A DNA stretch of 64,000 nt from an uncultured Chloroflexia bacterium (lineage in GTDB: Bacteria > Chloroflexota > Anaerolineae > Fen-1058). Shown one piece after another: positions 63,969-64,000 of the stretch. The stretch is from the NCBI GenBank assembly GCA_963844815.1, contig CAWJPR010000001.1, positions 8,096-72,095 of the forward strand, given 5' to 3'. A program made the position numbers and the translations under genes. A model generated the notes under the pieces. The model saw nothing but the letters and a program-made list of their open reading frames with translations, was not told the origin of the DNA and did not search any database. Positions within the stretch are counted from its first letter, which is position 1. Each line of letters starts with the position of its first letter.

Positions 63969-64000
63969 GGTCTGCAGATCATCCCCCGTGGCAGGCCGCG

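Overview
High-GC (~63-66%) bacterial chromosome segment, probably Chloroflexota-like (low confidence). Its centre is a decayed, horizontally acquired type I-C CRISPR-Cas locus. Upstream sits a host-GC WYL-domain regulator that runs in frame into the Cas3 HD domain. The junction coincides with a drop to ~48-52% GC. All seven cas genes (cas3, cas5c, cas8c, cas7c, cas4, cas1, cas2) carry multiple frameshifts and/or stops. The leader is followed by a near-perfect array of 44 repeats of 33 nt (GTCGCCCCTCATGCGAGGGGCGTGGATTGAAAC). An IS21-family element (istB intact, istA frameshifted) cuts the array in two, inserted inside one repeat with a CATGCG target duplication. The flanking DNA is mostly housekeeping: trmFO, a sensor kinase, hflX, two DUF4097 lipoproteins, an M4 protease with an emfourin-like partner, a tyrosine integrase with an HNH-AP2 endonuclease remnant, dinB, two ABC exporters, a CysO/Mec/CysM/MoeZ cysteine-biosynthesis cluster, and cell-wall and surface-polysaccharide genes. 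Two things stand out beyond the gene content. First, a recurring heptanucleotide-periodic repeat architecture at five loci, including a 49-bp (7x7) palindrome that frameshifts a glycosyltransferase. Second, a dispersed palindromic repeat family inserted in frame into coding sequences. Several housekeeping genes also show single frameshifts, roughly 1 per 5-10 kb. This sets an error or pseudogenisation baseline against which the cas decay (at least 20 lesions in 8 kb) still stands out.
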